NCBI GenBank assembly: GCA_035546035.1
Contig: DASZXC010000001.1
Location: 19,538-83,537, forward strand
Direction: 5' to 3'
Length of the DNA stretch: 64,000 nucleotides
Origin: Minisyncoccota bacterium
GTDB lineage: Bacteria > Patescibacteriota > Minisyncoccia > Phycocordibacterales > UBA6065
This document shows positions 16,984-26,689 of the stretch, in pieces (positions within the stretch are counted from its first letter, which is position 1; every line of letters begins with the position of its first letter). The translations under genes were made by a program, and so were the position numbers. The notes under the pieces were generated by a model. The model saw nothing but the letters and a program-made list of their open reading frames with translations. It did not search any database and had not been told where the DNA came from.

Positions 16984-18618
16984 CTATTTAACCTCCGGCA
17001 ACTCCACGTAGAACTGGCTGCCCTTGCCCTCGCCTGCCGATTCGGCCCAGATACGACCGCCGTGGGCGTTCATGATCTCTTTGGCGATGAAGAGGCCGAG
17101 GCCGGTGCCGTGGATGTTGGCTTCCGATGCGTTCGGAGCGCGGGTGAATTTCTGGAAGAGCTTCGGCAGAACGTCCGGACGGATGCCTACGCCGGTGTCA
17201 GCGGCCTTGAACCTGATCTTGCCGTTCGCCTTTTCGAGCGACAGGGTGAGCGAGCCCTTTGGCGTATATTTCACGGAATTGTCCACGGTGTTCATGATGA
17301 CCTGTTTGAACTTGTCCAGATCAGCCTTGACGCGATACGTCTGCGAATCGTCTATGACGACGTTCAGCGCCAGGCCCTTCGCGTCTATGTTCGGTTTCTG
17401 CTCGTTCGCGACTTCCTGCACCATATCCTTGAAATCGAGCTCCTTCATATCGTATTTCATGGTGCCGAGCTCGATGCGCGATACGTTGAGGTAGTCTTCG
17501 ACGACATTGATCATCGTCTTGACCGAGGAATAGACGGTCTGGACGATGTTGCGGAGCGGCTCGGCTATAGGGCCGACATCGCCTTCGAGGATGAGCGACG
17601 TATTGCCCTTGATCGCCGTCAGAGGGCTGCGCAGCTGGTGCGTCGCGAACGAGATGAACTCGGTCTTCTGCTTGTCGAGCTCGACGAGGCGAGTGTTCGC
17701 CTTCTGGAGGTCGGCGGCGAGCTTTTCGATCTTGCGGCGGGCCTCGGCCTCTTTTTTCACATTCCTCAAGAGCGTAACGCCGAAGAAGAACGACAGGATG
17801 AACGTGATGATGGTCAATATCTGGTTCGTCGTGTTCTCGAGGAAGAAGAACTGCGAGCCGATCATGATCAGGAGGACATAGACGAGCAGTTGCGTGCCGA
17901 GGAGGCGCAACTGGAACATCTTGAGGTTCGTGATGGTATAGAGGATGAGCGCGAGGAACACCGGCAGGACGAAGAGGCTGTAGAGATTCAGCTCGTAATA
18001 TCCGGTCTGGCTCGATATGTATTCGGTTACGGAGAAGACCGCGAAGAACAGGATCAGGGCGATGCCGACCACCGATACCTGTATCTTTTTAGCACGATCG
18101 GAATTGCGGAGCGCGCCCATACCGGAGACCAGAATATAGATGCAGACGGCCCATTCGATGGCGAGCTTATAGTTCGTAAGGAATTCGCTATTGAAAGCCT
18201 CGCATACGGGCTGGTTAAAGCCCATGATGGACGCGCCCGTCACCGTTATCCACCAGGCCGGCACCGAAAGCCCGAGGAACGTCAGTTTGAGCCATGCGGG
18301 GATCTTGTTTCCGTTATTGACGAGAACGGCGAAGAAATAGGCGCCCGCGATATAGAAAACGGTGTTTATATAATCGAGAGGCGCCCAGAAGAACGTGACG
18401 AGATGATAGTCGGTCTGGGTCCAGACTATGACGTCGCCTATGAGCCAGAGACAGAATGTTCCCACGAATATGCTGAAGACTCTGGAGAGAAGCGAGAATC
18501 TCGAAGCGAAGAGGACGAAGACGCCCAGGAGAACCGCGATGAACACCGGAACGAGATGAGAATAGTATGCGATCGTGTGGTAGCTCTCCGTAGTGGCGAG
18601 GCAGGTGTTCAGGTCCAT
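16984..18618 (-). CDS. Membrane sensor histidine kinase (orphan; no adjacent response regulator)
   Basis: About 8 N-terminal TM helices, a coiled-coil, an H-box (FISFATHQLRSPL) and a C-terminal HATPase region with GTGLGL (G2 box). Confidence 0.8.
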   Translation of the reverse strand: MDLNTCLATTESYHTIAYYSHLVPVFIAVLLGVFVLFASRFSLLSRVFSIFVGTFCLWLIGDVIVWTQTDYHLVTFFWAPLDYINTVFYIAGAYFFAVLVNNGNKIPAWLKLTFLGLSVPAWWITVTGASIMGFNQPVCEAFNSEFLTNYKLAIEWAVCIYILVSGMGALRNSDRAKKIQVSVVGIALILFFAVFSVTEYISSQTGYYELNLYSLFVLPVFLALILYTITNLKMFQLRLLGTQLLVYVLLIMIGSQFFFLENTTNQILTIITFILSFFFGVTLLRNVKKEAEARRKIEKLAADLQKANTRLVELDKQKTEFISFATHQLRSPLTAIKGNTSLILEGDVGPIAEPLRNIVQTVYSSVKTMINVVEDYLNVSRIELGTMKYDMKELDFKDMVQEVANEQKPNIDAKGLALNVVIDDSQTYRVKADLDKFKQVIMNTVDNSVKYTPKGSLTLSLEKANGKIRFKAADTGVGIRPDVLPKLFQKFTRAPNASEANIHGTGLGLFIAKEIMNAHGGRIWAESAGEGKGSQFYVELPEVK

Positions 18619-18627
18619 GATCTCAGA

Positions 18628-19503
18628 TTATAGCAAGTCTGACTTCCCTTTTACATACTCGATCGAGGTGGATGGGTGGCACATCCAGAACTCCTCGCCT
18701 TCGATGTCCGTCGGCTCGAGTGCCACGATAAGCGGCTTTCTGCCGCTCGATCTCAGTATCTCTATGAACGCAGGCAGGAATACTTCCTTCGTGAACCCTA
18801 TCTCCTTCTCATCGAGCATGAAGTTTTCGAATAGGATAGCGTTTTTAAGGAAAAGCGTCAGGAAATTCCGATAATAGTCTTTGGCATTGCCGCCTGATCG
18901 AGAAAACCACTCCGATGCGTCGAAAAGGGTCGGCTTCAGGAAGAGAAAGCCCGAATAGGTCTTTTCGATGAGCTCGTGATGGAAATCTATGAGGCTCTGT
19001 CCCCAGAGCGTCTTCACCTCGTCGATCTTTTTGCCGTTATATGAATTGAAATCTATGACGTTGAATCGCGCGATCTTCGAGCCGCCTTTCTTGCCTTTGC
19101 CGAGATAGAACGACATCTTGCCCCAGGATTTTTTGCACTCGTTATTGGACGTGAATTTGTCCTGATGGTATTCCCAGAGCAGGGGCTCGAAATCGCCTAT
19201 AGCGTCTGCGATGCTTATGAACCTGCGGAATTCGTAGTTCGGAGTGGCGAGCTGACGAAAGAGGACGGCTTTCGGAGCCTTCGCCAGAGGCTCCGGCACG
19301 CCCGCCGGCAGTGTATCCGCCACGTATCGAGCGATGCCTGAATCCTCGTGTCGCGCGGCCAGCTCTTTCGCGGCGTCTTCAAGGGACGTATATATGAAAT
19401 CGTTGAAGGCCTGTCGGTCAGAGGTCAGCCTCTCTATAAGCGAAGAGAGTTCCGTATCGGTGGAAATCTGGACGTCGGAGGCTATTTTTTGCGCGGTCGC
19501 CAT
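18628..19503 (-). CDS. Hypothetical protein (291 aa)
   Basis: GC3-rich frame and no motif recognised. It lies directly upstream of the HK on the same strand. Confidence 0.45.
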   Translation of the reverse strand: MATAQKIASDVQISTDTELSSLIERLTSDRQAFNDFIYTSLEDAAKELAARHEDSGIARYVADTLPAGVPEPLAKAPKAVLFRQLATPNYEFRRFISIADAIGDFEPLLWEYHQDKFTSNNECKKSWGKMSFYLGKGKKGGSKIARFNVIDFNSYNGKKIDEVKTLWGQSLIDFHHELIEKTYSGFLFLKPTLFDASEWFSRSGGNAKDYYRNFLTLFLKNAILFENFMLDEKEIGFTKEVFLPAFIEILRSSGRKPLIVALEPTDIEGEEFWMCHPSTSIEYVKGKSDLL

Positions 19504-19513
19504 GAAAATTAGG

Positions 19514-19852
19514 TTACTCTGCGGACGAGCAGGCGTCGCCGGCGGCGGTATCGCATATCCTTTCCTCGCATGCCATCTTGCCCGATTCGCATTCGGCCGC
19601 GCACGTGTCGTCGGCGCATGATCCGAAATCGGCTGCCTTTACGTGGAACTCTCTGTAGGACGAGAGATCGTTCGGAGGGCAATCGCCGTCGTCGCATTCC
19701 CTTACGAAGCATGTATGCGCCGAAGCGTCGCACGGAGCCTCGACGAGAAAATCATAGTCTTTTTCGTAGTAGAAAGTATAAAAATTGGCGCCGATGGCCG
19801 ACAAGACCATTGCGGCGAGCACGAAGAAAAGCATCCTATTCATGTATGTCAT
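19514..19852 (-). CDS. Small secreted cysteine-rich acidic protein
   Basis: N-terminal signal/anchor (MLFFVLAAMVLSAIGA), then 12 Cys in about 80 acidic residues, including CxxC- and CDDGDC-like spacing. Confidence 0.45.
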   Translation of the reverse strand: MTYMNRMLFFVLAAMVLSAIGANFYTFYYEKDYDFLVEAPCDASAHTCFVRECDDGDCPPNDLSSYREFHVKAADFGSCADDTCAAECESGKMACEERICDTAAGDACSSAE

Positions 19853-19873
19853 TGTAGCACGCCCTTCCGGACC

Positions 19874-19907
19874 AAAAGAAAACGCGCAACCCTGTAAGGT
19901 TGCGCGT
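19874..19907 (-). terminator. Intrinsic terminator between the membrane-protein gene and the Cys-rich protein gene
   Basis: acgcgcaacc-ctgtaa-ggttgcgcgt forms a 10-bp stem. On the minus strand it is followed by ttttctttt. Confidence 0.5.
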
Positions 19908-20461
19908 CAGAAGCCGGTCGTTTTCAGCAAGATCTTTGCGAAAGCGAGCAAGCCTCCTACCAACAGAGTCCACGCGACGTTGCAGATGACGTGGCTCGTA
20001 ATGAACAATATCCAGACTTTCGCTTTTCGCAGATCGACTGATTTCCCGTACAAGTAGATGATCGCGGTGAACGAATCGAACTTGATCGAGAAAAAGGCGA
20101 ATCCGAGAGCCTTTCCGACAGCGAGGGGGCCGATTTTCCAGTCATAGACGGTGCGGACGACTGGAAGCTTCAGGATAGTATCCCTCAGCGTCCAGTCGGC
20201 CTCCGTCCTGCCGTTGATCACGAGGTAGAGAAGATTCCCGACCAGCGTAACGGCGAACATGACCGCAAAACCCCTGATCTCGCCGAGCCACCCGATCATG
20301 ACCGGATAGAGGGCGAGGTCGATCCAGTTGTCGAGAGCCTGCCACAGAACGAATCCCGCGACCGCGCTCGACTTCTGGGTCTTGCTTTTCCAAAAAGCGT
20401 TGAGAGCGAAACAGAGAAAGGCTGATCCCAGAGCGATGCTCCAGAGGATCTTGGGGTCCAT
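19907..20461 (-). CDS. Hypothetical membrane protein
   Basis: 184 aa with about 5 TM helices, preceded by a strong promoter and a perfect Shine-Dalgarno sequence. Confidence 0.45.
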   Translation of the reverse strand: MDPKILWSIALGSAFLCFALNAFWKSKTQKSSAVAGFVLWQALDNWIDLALYPVMIGWLGEIRGFAVMFAVTLVGNLLYLVINGRTEADWTLRDTILKLPVVRTVYDWKIGPLAVGKALGFAFFSIKFDSFTAIIYLYGKSVDLRKAKVWILFITSHVICNVAWTLLVGGLLAFAKILLKTTGF

Positions 20462-20512
20462 AGGACACCTCCTTCTTTGAAGTTAATGTGCGTACGGCGT
20501 CGTGCCGCGTTT

Positions 20513-20542
20513 ACGAATATATTATAGCACAATATATAGGCA
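20513..20542 (-). promoter_or_regulatory. Sigma-70-type promoter (TTGACT-18-TGcTATAAT) plus AAGGAGG ribosome-binding site for the 19907-20461 gene
   Basis: Minus strand reads ttgact-tttgcctatatattgtgc-tataat with TG at -15/-14, and aaggaggtg lies 6 nt before the ATG. Confidence 0.55.
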
Positions 20543-20557
20543 AAAGTCAATATCTCC

Positions 20558-20589
20558 CCCTCCGTCAATAAAAAGGAGCCCCTTTCAGG
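20558..20589 (-). terminator. Intrinsic terminator after the ABC transporter gene
   Basis: aggagccc-tgaaag-gggctcct followed by ttttatt on the minus strand. Confidence 0.6.
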
Positions 20590-20599
20590 GCTCCTTGCG

Positions 20600-22426
20600 C
20601 TATGCCGTCGCCTTCTCCGTCCCGCGGAGACCGGCCGACTGGCGCTCTGCTTCGCGCATGACGACCCGCAGCGTCCCTTCCTCCGAAGACCGGAGGATGA
20701 GATTGCAGTACATATCACACGCCTTCTTCTCGTCGAGGAGCTCGCTATGCGTGCCTGCCCCGACGATCCTGCCCTCTTCCATGACCACGATCTGATCGGC
20801 TTCGCGGGCTATATCCAGATTGTGAGTGCTCATGATGCACGTTCGGCCTCGCACCGCCGCTTTGATGGCGTCGTCGAGGAGCCTCCGGTTCATGGGGTCG
20901 AGAGCGCTCATTGGCTCGTCCATGAGAAGCACGTCCGGTCCGGGCACGATGGCCCGCCCGATCGCCAGGCGCTGGCGCTCGCCTCCGGAGAGGTTCGCGC
21001 CGTTCGAGGCGATCCGGAATTCGAGCGGATCGTCGGGGGACAGATGCGTCAGCCGCACGTTCCGGAGCGTGCCCATCAGGTATTCCCTGTCGAGCTTGTC
21101 CGGATCCGCTTCGCTATAGGCGAGGTTATATCCGAGGCTCGCCTGCCATATGCCGAAACGCTGTTCGACGATGCCGAGAGACCGGAGCCACGAATCATGG
21201 TCAATGTCCCGCAAGTCCAGTCCGCCGACGGTTATCCTCCCCTTTTCAGGTTCGATGATGCCGGCGATGAGAGCGATGAGCGTGGATTTTCCGGAACCTG
21301 AAGGACCGACGATGACCGTATTCTTGCCGTGAGGAATGATCAGGCAAAGGTTCTCGACCGTGTAATCCCTGTCTCCGCCCATGTCCGGATATCGGAAACT
21401 GACGTTCTCGAAGACGATGTCGCCTTCGGCCGGGATCGCGCGTATGCCCCTATCCCTCTCTGCCCGCTTTTTGGCGGACGGAGATTGATCGAGATACTCG
21501 AAGAACCGCGCGATCTGCTCCCGGGCCTGGAGGAGGTCCCGCTGGATCGATCCGATAGAGCCCATCGAAGCGAATCCGGCGAACGACCACGTCATGACGA
21601 CGAGGAACTGCCCTTTCGTCATGATCCCGCCATCCGCGAACACGAGCGACAGAAAGAAGAGCGTGGCGAGCGTCAGAAACGAGATCGGCTCCCGCGAAGC
21701 GTACGTTTCGCTGAAACTCTTGAGCCAGAGCTTTTTGCCCCGAGCCTCGAATTTCGCGAATTCCGCCCTGAAGGACGCCACCTCGTATCCCTGCTTGCCC
21801 GCAAGGACGACCTCGCGGGCATTGTCGAACCTTTCCCAGAAGCGCTGCTCGATCTCGTTGTTATGCCTCTCGAGCTCTTTGACGTCAGGGAGCATGCCTT
21901 TGCTTATGGCGAAGTTCCGCCGGACGTATCCGAGGAACCCTGCCAGGAGCACGAGGCCCAGGACGGGCTGTATCCAGGCTATGCCGATGACCGCTATGGC
22001 CATGCCGGATGCGATGGGCAGTATGTCGAACACGATCGTCTGTACCATTTTTGGGAATGCGGACGCGCCGCGGCGCACGGTCTCCCTGTCCTCCGCAAGC
22101 CGTTCGGCCATGAGAGACAGGGGTACGTCGAACGCTTTGGCGAAGGCTTCCGCATAGAGCGTCATCTCGAAAGGATAGGTCACTCTGCGGATGTTCTCGA
22201 CCCATTTCGACCAGTCGCAGAAATATCGGGCCGCGAGCACCGCCGAGAAGGCCGCGACGAGGGTGTATCGGCCTTCGGCCGTGCCCTGGTCTACGATCTT
22301 TCCAAAAAGCCAGAAACAGAGGAGGTTGAGCACTTGAACGCAGAAAACCGCCGTCGCTATCCAGAGCAGGGGCCCCTGGAACGGACGGCACAGCTTCCAC
22401 GCCCTGGCAATGAAACTTACTTTCAC
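20600..22426 (-). CDS. ABC exporter with fused permease and ATPase (MsbA/multidrug-like)
   Basis: Six N-terminal TM helices, then Walker A (GPSGSGKST), the ABC signature (LSGGERQRLAIGRA) and Walker B (LLMDEP); 608 aa. Confidence 0.85.
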   Translation of the reverse strand: MKVSFIARAWKLCRPFQGPLLWIATAVFCVQVLNLLCFWLFGKIVDQGTAEGRYTLVAAFSAVLAARYFCDWSKWVENIRRVTYPFEMTLYAEAFAKAFDVPLSLMAERLAEDRETVRRGASAFPKMVQTIVFDILPIASGMAIAVIGIAWIQPVLGLVLLAGFLGYVRRNFAISKGMLPDVKELERHNNEIEQRFWERFDNAREVVLAGKQGYEVASFRAEFAKFEARGKKLWLKSFSETYASREPISFLTLATLFFLSLVFADGGIMTKGQFLVVMTWSFAGFASMGSIGSIQRDLLQAREQIARFFEYLDQSPSAKKRAERDRGIRAIPAEGDIVFENVSFRYPDMGGDRDYTVENLCLIIPHGKNTVIVGPSGSGKSTLIALIAGIIEPEKGRITVGGLDLRDIDHDSWLRSLGIVEQRFGIWQASLGYNLAYSEADPDKLDREYLMGTLRNVRLTHLSPDDPLEFRIASNGANLSGGERQRLAIGRAIVPGPDVLLMDEPMSALDPMNRRLLDDAIKAAVRGRTCIMSTHNLDIAREADQIVVMEEGRIVGAGTHSELLDEKKACDMYCNLILRSSEEGTLRVVMREAERQSAGLRGTEKATA

Positions 22427-22469
22427 AGTGAAGTCCTTGGTTGAGGGTTGTTGAAGATGGAATATGAAA

Positions 22470-22515
22470 GATCAAAAATACTGGCGTATTTCTTTCCGCA
22501 AGTATTACGCCGCGG
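22470..22515 (-). terminator. Possible terminator after dnaJ
   Basis: ggcgta...tacgcc stem with a long loop, followed by agtatttttgatc on the minus strand. Confidence 0.3.
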
Positions 22516-22549
22516 CCGCTATATTTGTTCCCGCAGGATTCGGTCGAGC

Positions 22550-23677
22550 TTAGATTCCCTCTTTTTTCAGGTCTTCGACGGCCTTGCGCGCGTCTTTGGA
22601 GAGCTTCTTCGGCATCGTTACATGGACGACGACGAGAATGTCGCCGCGGTGGCCGTCCTTGCCCCGCGCGGTGGTCGGAGCACCCTTGCCTTTGACGCGA
22701 AGGATTTCGCCTTCGGATATGCCTTCAGGGATCTTAACGACGATGTCGCCGTCGAGCGTCTTGAGCGGTATTGACACGCCCAGGAGCGCGTCAGAGAGCT
22801 TTACGGCCGTCTCCGTGAGGAGATTGTTGCCTTCCTTGCGAAATGTCGGGTGTTTTTTCACGTGAAGGCGTAGATAGAGGTCGCCCGATTGGCCCCCGGC
22901 AACGGCTTCGCCTGCTCCGGTGAGACGCACCATTTCGCCGTTCTCGACGGATGCGGGGACTTTGACCTTTATCTCCTGATTGCGCTTGGTGACGCCCGCG
23001 CCGCGGCATACCGGGCATTTCTCTTCCGGTTCTTTACCCGCGCCGCGGCAGGTTTCGCACGTCCGGGTAGTCTGGAACGATCCCATGATGGATCGGCGGA
23101 CTTCGGTAACGCGGCCTTTGCCCGAGCAGGTGTGGCATGTCTTCATCTTGCTGCCTTTTTTGACGCCCGAACCTGCGCATTCGGCGCAAGCCGATACTTT
23201 ATTCAAGACGATCGTCTTTTCCGCTCCAAAAATCGATTCTTCGAAGGCGATATCGAGGTCTACCTGTATGTCGGCGCCGCGTTTTTGTTTCTGGCGACTG
23301 CCCCCCATTCCGCTGCCGAAAATATCTCCGAATATATCGCCGAGGTCGAATTCGACGCCGTTCGCGCCGTTGAAGCCGCCCTGGAATCCGGAGAAATCAA
23401 ATCCGCCGAAGTCATTCGGGTTGAAACCGCCGGCGCCCCCGAAGCCCGGCCCAGCCGAGCCGAACGTATCATATTGCTTTCGCTTGTTCTCGTCGCCGAG
23501 GACGGAGTATGCCTCGTTGGCTTCTTTGAACCTGTCGGCATTGCCGGTCTTCTTGTCCGGATGATGCTCATGCGCGAGCTTGCGGAACGCCTTTTTGATG
23601 TCGTCCTGCGATGCGCCCTTGTCTACTCCGAGTATCTTGTAATAGTCTTTTGACATTGCTTTGGTGAAAGTAGACAC
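22550..23677 (-). CDS. dnaJ: Chaperone DnaJ
   Basis: J-domain (YYKILGV...HPDK), a G/F-rich region and four CxxCxGxG zinc-finger repeats; 375 aa. Confidence 0.9.
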   Translation of the reverse strand: MSTFTKAMSKDYYKILGVDKGASQDDIKKAFRKLAHEHHPDKKTGNADRFKEANEAYSVLGDENKRKQYDTFGSAGPGFGGAGGFNPNDFGGFDFSGFQGGFNGANGVEFDLGDIFGDIFGSGMGGSRQKQKRGADIQVDLDIAFEESIFGAEKTIVLNKVSACAECAGSGVKKGSKMKTCHTCSGKGRVTEVRRSIMGSFQTTRTCETCRGAGKEPEEKCPVCRGAGVTKRNQEIKVKVPASVENGEMVRLTGAGEAVAGGQSGDLYLRLHVKKHPTFRKEGNNLLTETAVKLSDALLGVSIPLKTLDGDIVVKIPEGISEGEILRVKGKGAPTTARGKDGHRGDILVVVHVTMPKKLSKDARKAVEDLKKEGI

Positions 23678-23719
23678 CCTGTTTCCCGCGATCCATTCGC
23701 GGGAAACGAGTTGGCCGCT

Positions 23720-25606
23720 TTACTTATTTTCAGTATATTCCGCGTCTTTGACGCTATCGCCGCCCTCCTTCTTGCCTGCGCCGTCCGCGGCGCCTGCCGC
23801 CTGCTGGGCTTTCATCATCGCTTCGCCGATTTTCTGCATCGACGCGGACAATGCTTCACTCGCCTTTTTGACGGCGTCTGCGTCGCTGCCGTCTTTGACC
23901 TTCTTGAGGTCGGCGACCTTGGCTTCGACGTCGCCGCGAATATCGGCAGGAACCTTGTCGCCTGCATCCTTCAACGACTTTTCTGCAGTATATATCATCT
24001 GCTCGGCGATGTTCTTCGCTTCAGCTTCCGCGCGCTTCTTTTCGTCATCGGCCGCATTCATTTCAGCGTCCTTCTTCATGCGCTCGATGTCTTCCTTGGA
24101 CAAGCCCGACGAGCCCTGAATCTTGATCGACTGCTCTTTGCCGGTCGATTTCTCCTTAGCTTTGACGTTCAGGATGCCGTTCGCGTCGATGTCGAACGTG
24201 ACTTCGACCTGCGGGACGCCGCGAGGAGCCGGCGGGATGCCGTCGAGGATGAATTTGCCGAGCGATTTGTTGTCGCGAGCCATAGCGCGGTCGCCTTGGA
24301 CGACGTGTATCTCTACAGACGTCTGGTTATCGGCTGCGGTCGAGAATACCTGCGATCGCGATGCGGGGATCGTGGTGTTCTTTTCGATCAGTTTAGTCGC
24401 GACGCCGCCCATAGTCTCGATGCCGAACGACAATGGAATGACGTCGAGGAGAAGCACGTCTTTGACGTCGCCCTTGAGCACGCCGCCCTGGATGGCCGCG
24501 CCTAATGCGACGACTTCGTCAGGGTTCACGCCCATATGGGGCTTCTTCTTGAAAAAATCCTCCACTGCTTTCTGCATCGCAGGCATGCGGGTCTGGCCGC
24601 CGACGAGGATAACCTCATTGATATCAGCGACCTTGAACGGCGACGCTTCCATCGCGCGCTTGGTGATCTCCATGGCGCGGTCGATAAATTCGGCGCAAAG
24701 GCCTTCGAGCGTCGCTCGGGTCATCTTTTTGACCAAGTGGAGCGGCCCGTCCGAGCCTACCGATATGAACGGGATGTTGATCTCGGTCTCGACCGCCGTC
24801 GAAAGCTCGATCTTGGCCTTTTCGGCCGCATCGTCGAGGCGCTGCTTGGCGAGAGCGTCCTTGCGGAGGTCTATGCCGTTTTCCTTAGCGAATTCGTCCG
24901 CGAGCCAGTTGATGATCTTCTGGTCGATATCCTTGCCGCCGAGGTGCGCATCGCCGTCCGTAGAGCGGACTTCGACCACGCCTTCGCCCACTTCAAGGAC
25001 GGAGATATCGAACGTGCCGCCGCCGAAGTCGAATACGGCGATCTTCTCGTCCTTCTTCTTGTTAAAGCCGTATGCCAAGGCTGCGGCCGTAGGCTCATTG
25101 ATGATTCGCTTCACGTCGAGGCCGGCGATCTTGCCCGCGTCCTTCGTCGCCTGGCGCTGCGAGTCGTTGAAATATGCCGGAACGGTGATGACCGCTTCGG
25201 TCACAGGCTCGCCGAGGCGCGCTTCCGCGTCCGCCTTGAGCTTGGCGAGTATCATTGCCGATATCTCTTCGGGACGAGACCATTTCTCGCCCATCTTCAC
25301 TTCGACGCCGCCGTTATCGGATTTGCGGGTCTCGAAAGGAACGGCTTTCGCGTCCTTCTGTACCGAGTTCTCGTCGAAATTATGGCCGATGAAGCGTTTG
25401 ATCTGGAATACGGTGTTCTTCGGGTTCGTGACTGACTGGCGCTTGGCGACGACGCCGACGACGCGCTCTTTAGTCTTGGTCTCTGCGACGATGGAAGGCG
25501 TGGTGCGCATGCCTTCGGCGTTCTCGAGGATCTTGGGCTCGCCGCCTTCCATGACGGCGACGGCGGAATTAGTGGTACCAAGGTCGATACCTATGATCTT
25601 TGACAT
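23720..25606 (-). CDS. dnaK: Chaperone DnaK (Hsp70)
   Basis: [22 protein letters not shown] and the rest of the Hsp70 signature set; 628 aa. Confidence 0.95.
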   Translation of the reverse strand: MSKIIGIDLGTTNSAVAVMEGGEPKILENAEGMRTTPSIVAETKTKERVVGVVAKRQSVTNPKNTVFQIKRFIGHNFDENSVQKDAKAVPFETRKSDNGGVEVKMGEKWSRPEEISAMILAKLKADAEARLGEPVTEAVITVPAYFNDSQRQATKDAGKIAGLDVKRIINEPTAAALAYGFNKKKDEKIAVFDFGGGTFDISVLEVGEGVVEVRSTDGDAHLGGKDIDQKIINWLADEFAKENGIDLRKDALAKQRLDDAAEKAKIELSTAVETEINIPFISVGSDGPLHLVKKMTRATLEGLCAEFIDRAMEITKRAMEASPFKVADINEVILVGGQTRMPAMQKAVEDFFKKKPHMGVNPDEVVALGAAIQGGVLKGDVKDVLLLDVIPLSFGIETMGGVATKLIEKNTTIPASRSQVFSTAADNQTSVEIHVVQGDRAMARDNKSLGKFILDGIPPAPRGVPQVEVTFDIDANGILNVKAKEKSTGKEQSIKIQGSSGLSKEDIERMKKDAEMNAADDEKKRAEAEAKNIAEQMIYTAEKSLKDAGDKVPADIRGDVEAKVADLKKVKDGSDADAVKKASEALSASMQKIGEAMMKAQQAAGAADGAGKKEGGDSVKDAEYTENK

Positions 25607-25679
25607 AGTTTAGTGCTGCTAGGCCGCGCAAGGGACGGCAAGGTTGAATAATGGCAGAAATAAGAAGCTGCCAGACAGG

Positions 25680-25991
25680 CTAGCGAGCAGCCGACGGAGC
25701 GCGTGCGAGTTGATTGACGAGGAAGTCGAGCGAAAAGAACGGCGACGTGTATTCATACGTCGACGGGATGAAGAACTCGGCGAAGACAGGGGCCTTTGGA
25801 GCTTCCAGAGCGAGGGTAGACGCTACGGCGGACGCGCGGCGAGCCGCCTGATCGAGAGGCTTGGTACCGAGGAAACACACTTCGCGGGTGCCGTTATTTT
25901 CTATGACGGCGAAGAATGCGCGGACGGTCTCGCCCGTTGCGAGGGTCACCTCGCGGGAGACGATATGGAATTGTGGCCTCTTGGTCAGCAT
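25680..25991 (-). CDS. Hypothetical small protein between grpE and dnaK
   Basis: 103-aa ORF co-directional with the operon, with GC3 about 75% in its frame. The competing plus-strand ORF at 25644-26018 lacks that bias. No known motif. Confidence 0.4.
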   Translation of the reverse strand: MLTKRPQFHIVSREVTLATGETVRAFFAVIENNGTREVCFLGTKPLDQAARRASAVASTLALEAPKAPVFAEFFIPSTYEYTSPFFSLDFLVNQLARAPSAAR

Positions 25992-26026
25992 TATTTTAAG
26001 TATACCTTACAGATATAGTACGCAAG

Positions 26027-26509
26027 CTATTTCGCTTTTGGTTCAGCGACGACGACTTTCGCCGGGCGGATGAGCTTGGCGCCGAGCTTATAGCCCTTTT
26101 CGATGACAGAAATGATCGTATTGTCTTTTGCCGTATCATCGGTCGGCTCATATTTGACCGCTTCATGGAGATTCGGATCGAATGTCTCCCCTGCTGCGCC
26201 GACTTCTTTGAGACCGTTCTGATCGAGTACGCCTTTGAGCTGGCCATATATGTATTCGACGCCCGAACGCCAGTTCCTGTCGGCCTTTTCCCAGGCAGCC
26301 TTGTTCGCGAATGCCATTTCGAATGAAGAAAGCACGGGCAAAAGCTCCTCGACGAGGCCTTCGTTCGCCATCGTCCTGAATTCCTTCATCATGGCTTCGG
26401 TCTGCTTCTTGTGATTGGCGAAATCAGCCTTGGCGCGCTGCCAGCCCGCGAGATATTCGTCGCGTTCGGCCTTTATCTTGTCTATTTCAGTCTGCTCCAT
26501 TACGGACAT
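26027..26509 (-). CDS. grpE: Nucleotide exchange factor GrpE
   Basis: GrpE C-terminal block LEELLPVLSSFEMA...GVEYIYGQL. The ORF-track start at 26536 is a TTG. The first ATG is at 26509 and a second at 26500; a putative promoter overlaps both (see findings). Confidence 0.8.
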   Translation of the reverse strand: MSVMEQTEIDKIKAERDEYLAGWQRAKADFANHKKQTEAMMKEFRTMANEGLVEELLPVLSSFEMAFANKAAWEKADRNWRSGVEYIYGQLKGVLDQNGLKEVGAAGETFDPNLHEAVKYEPTDDTAKDNTIISVIEKGYKLGAKLIRPAKVVVAEPKAK

Positions 26510-26552
26510 ACTAATGAAATCAGCGCGCCCAGTCAATAAATTTGCAACAAAA

Positions 26553-26582
26553 AGCCGCCCGTGTTACGGGGCAGGCGTACCT
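26553..26582 (-). terminator. Second weaker hairpin with U-tract upstream of grpE
   Basis: Minus strand reads ccccgu-aac-acggg followed by cggcttttt. Confidence 0.3.
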
Positions 26583-26636
26583 GAAATCCTTTCTTGTTTA
26601 TTGTTGATGAACCGAGCGCAAGGCGTACCTTAACCT

Positions 26637-26688
26637 CCAAAGCAAATAAAAACACCCCGCCAAGCCCTGGGGTGTTTTTATTTGCTTT
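26637..26688. terminator. Bidirectional intrinsic terminator after rpsI, second copy of the 42-nt hairpin module
   Basis: gcaaataaaaacacccc-gccaagccct-ggggtgtttttatttgc abuts the rpsI stop codon. The core is identical to 747-788. Confidence 0.7.
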
Positions 26689-26689
26689 G

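Noticed and set aside
17062-18633. 523-aa plus-strand ORF
   Set aside because: It is exactly antisense to the histidine kinase gene, extremely Arg/Asp/Glu-rich, and has the wrong codon-position GC pattern. This is a typical long antisense ORF of a GC-rich genome.
25644-26018. 124-aa plus-strand ORF in the grpE-dnaK gap
   Set aside because: It lacks the third-position GC bias shown by the co-directional minus-strand ORF, and runs opposite to the operon.
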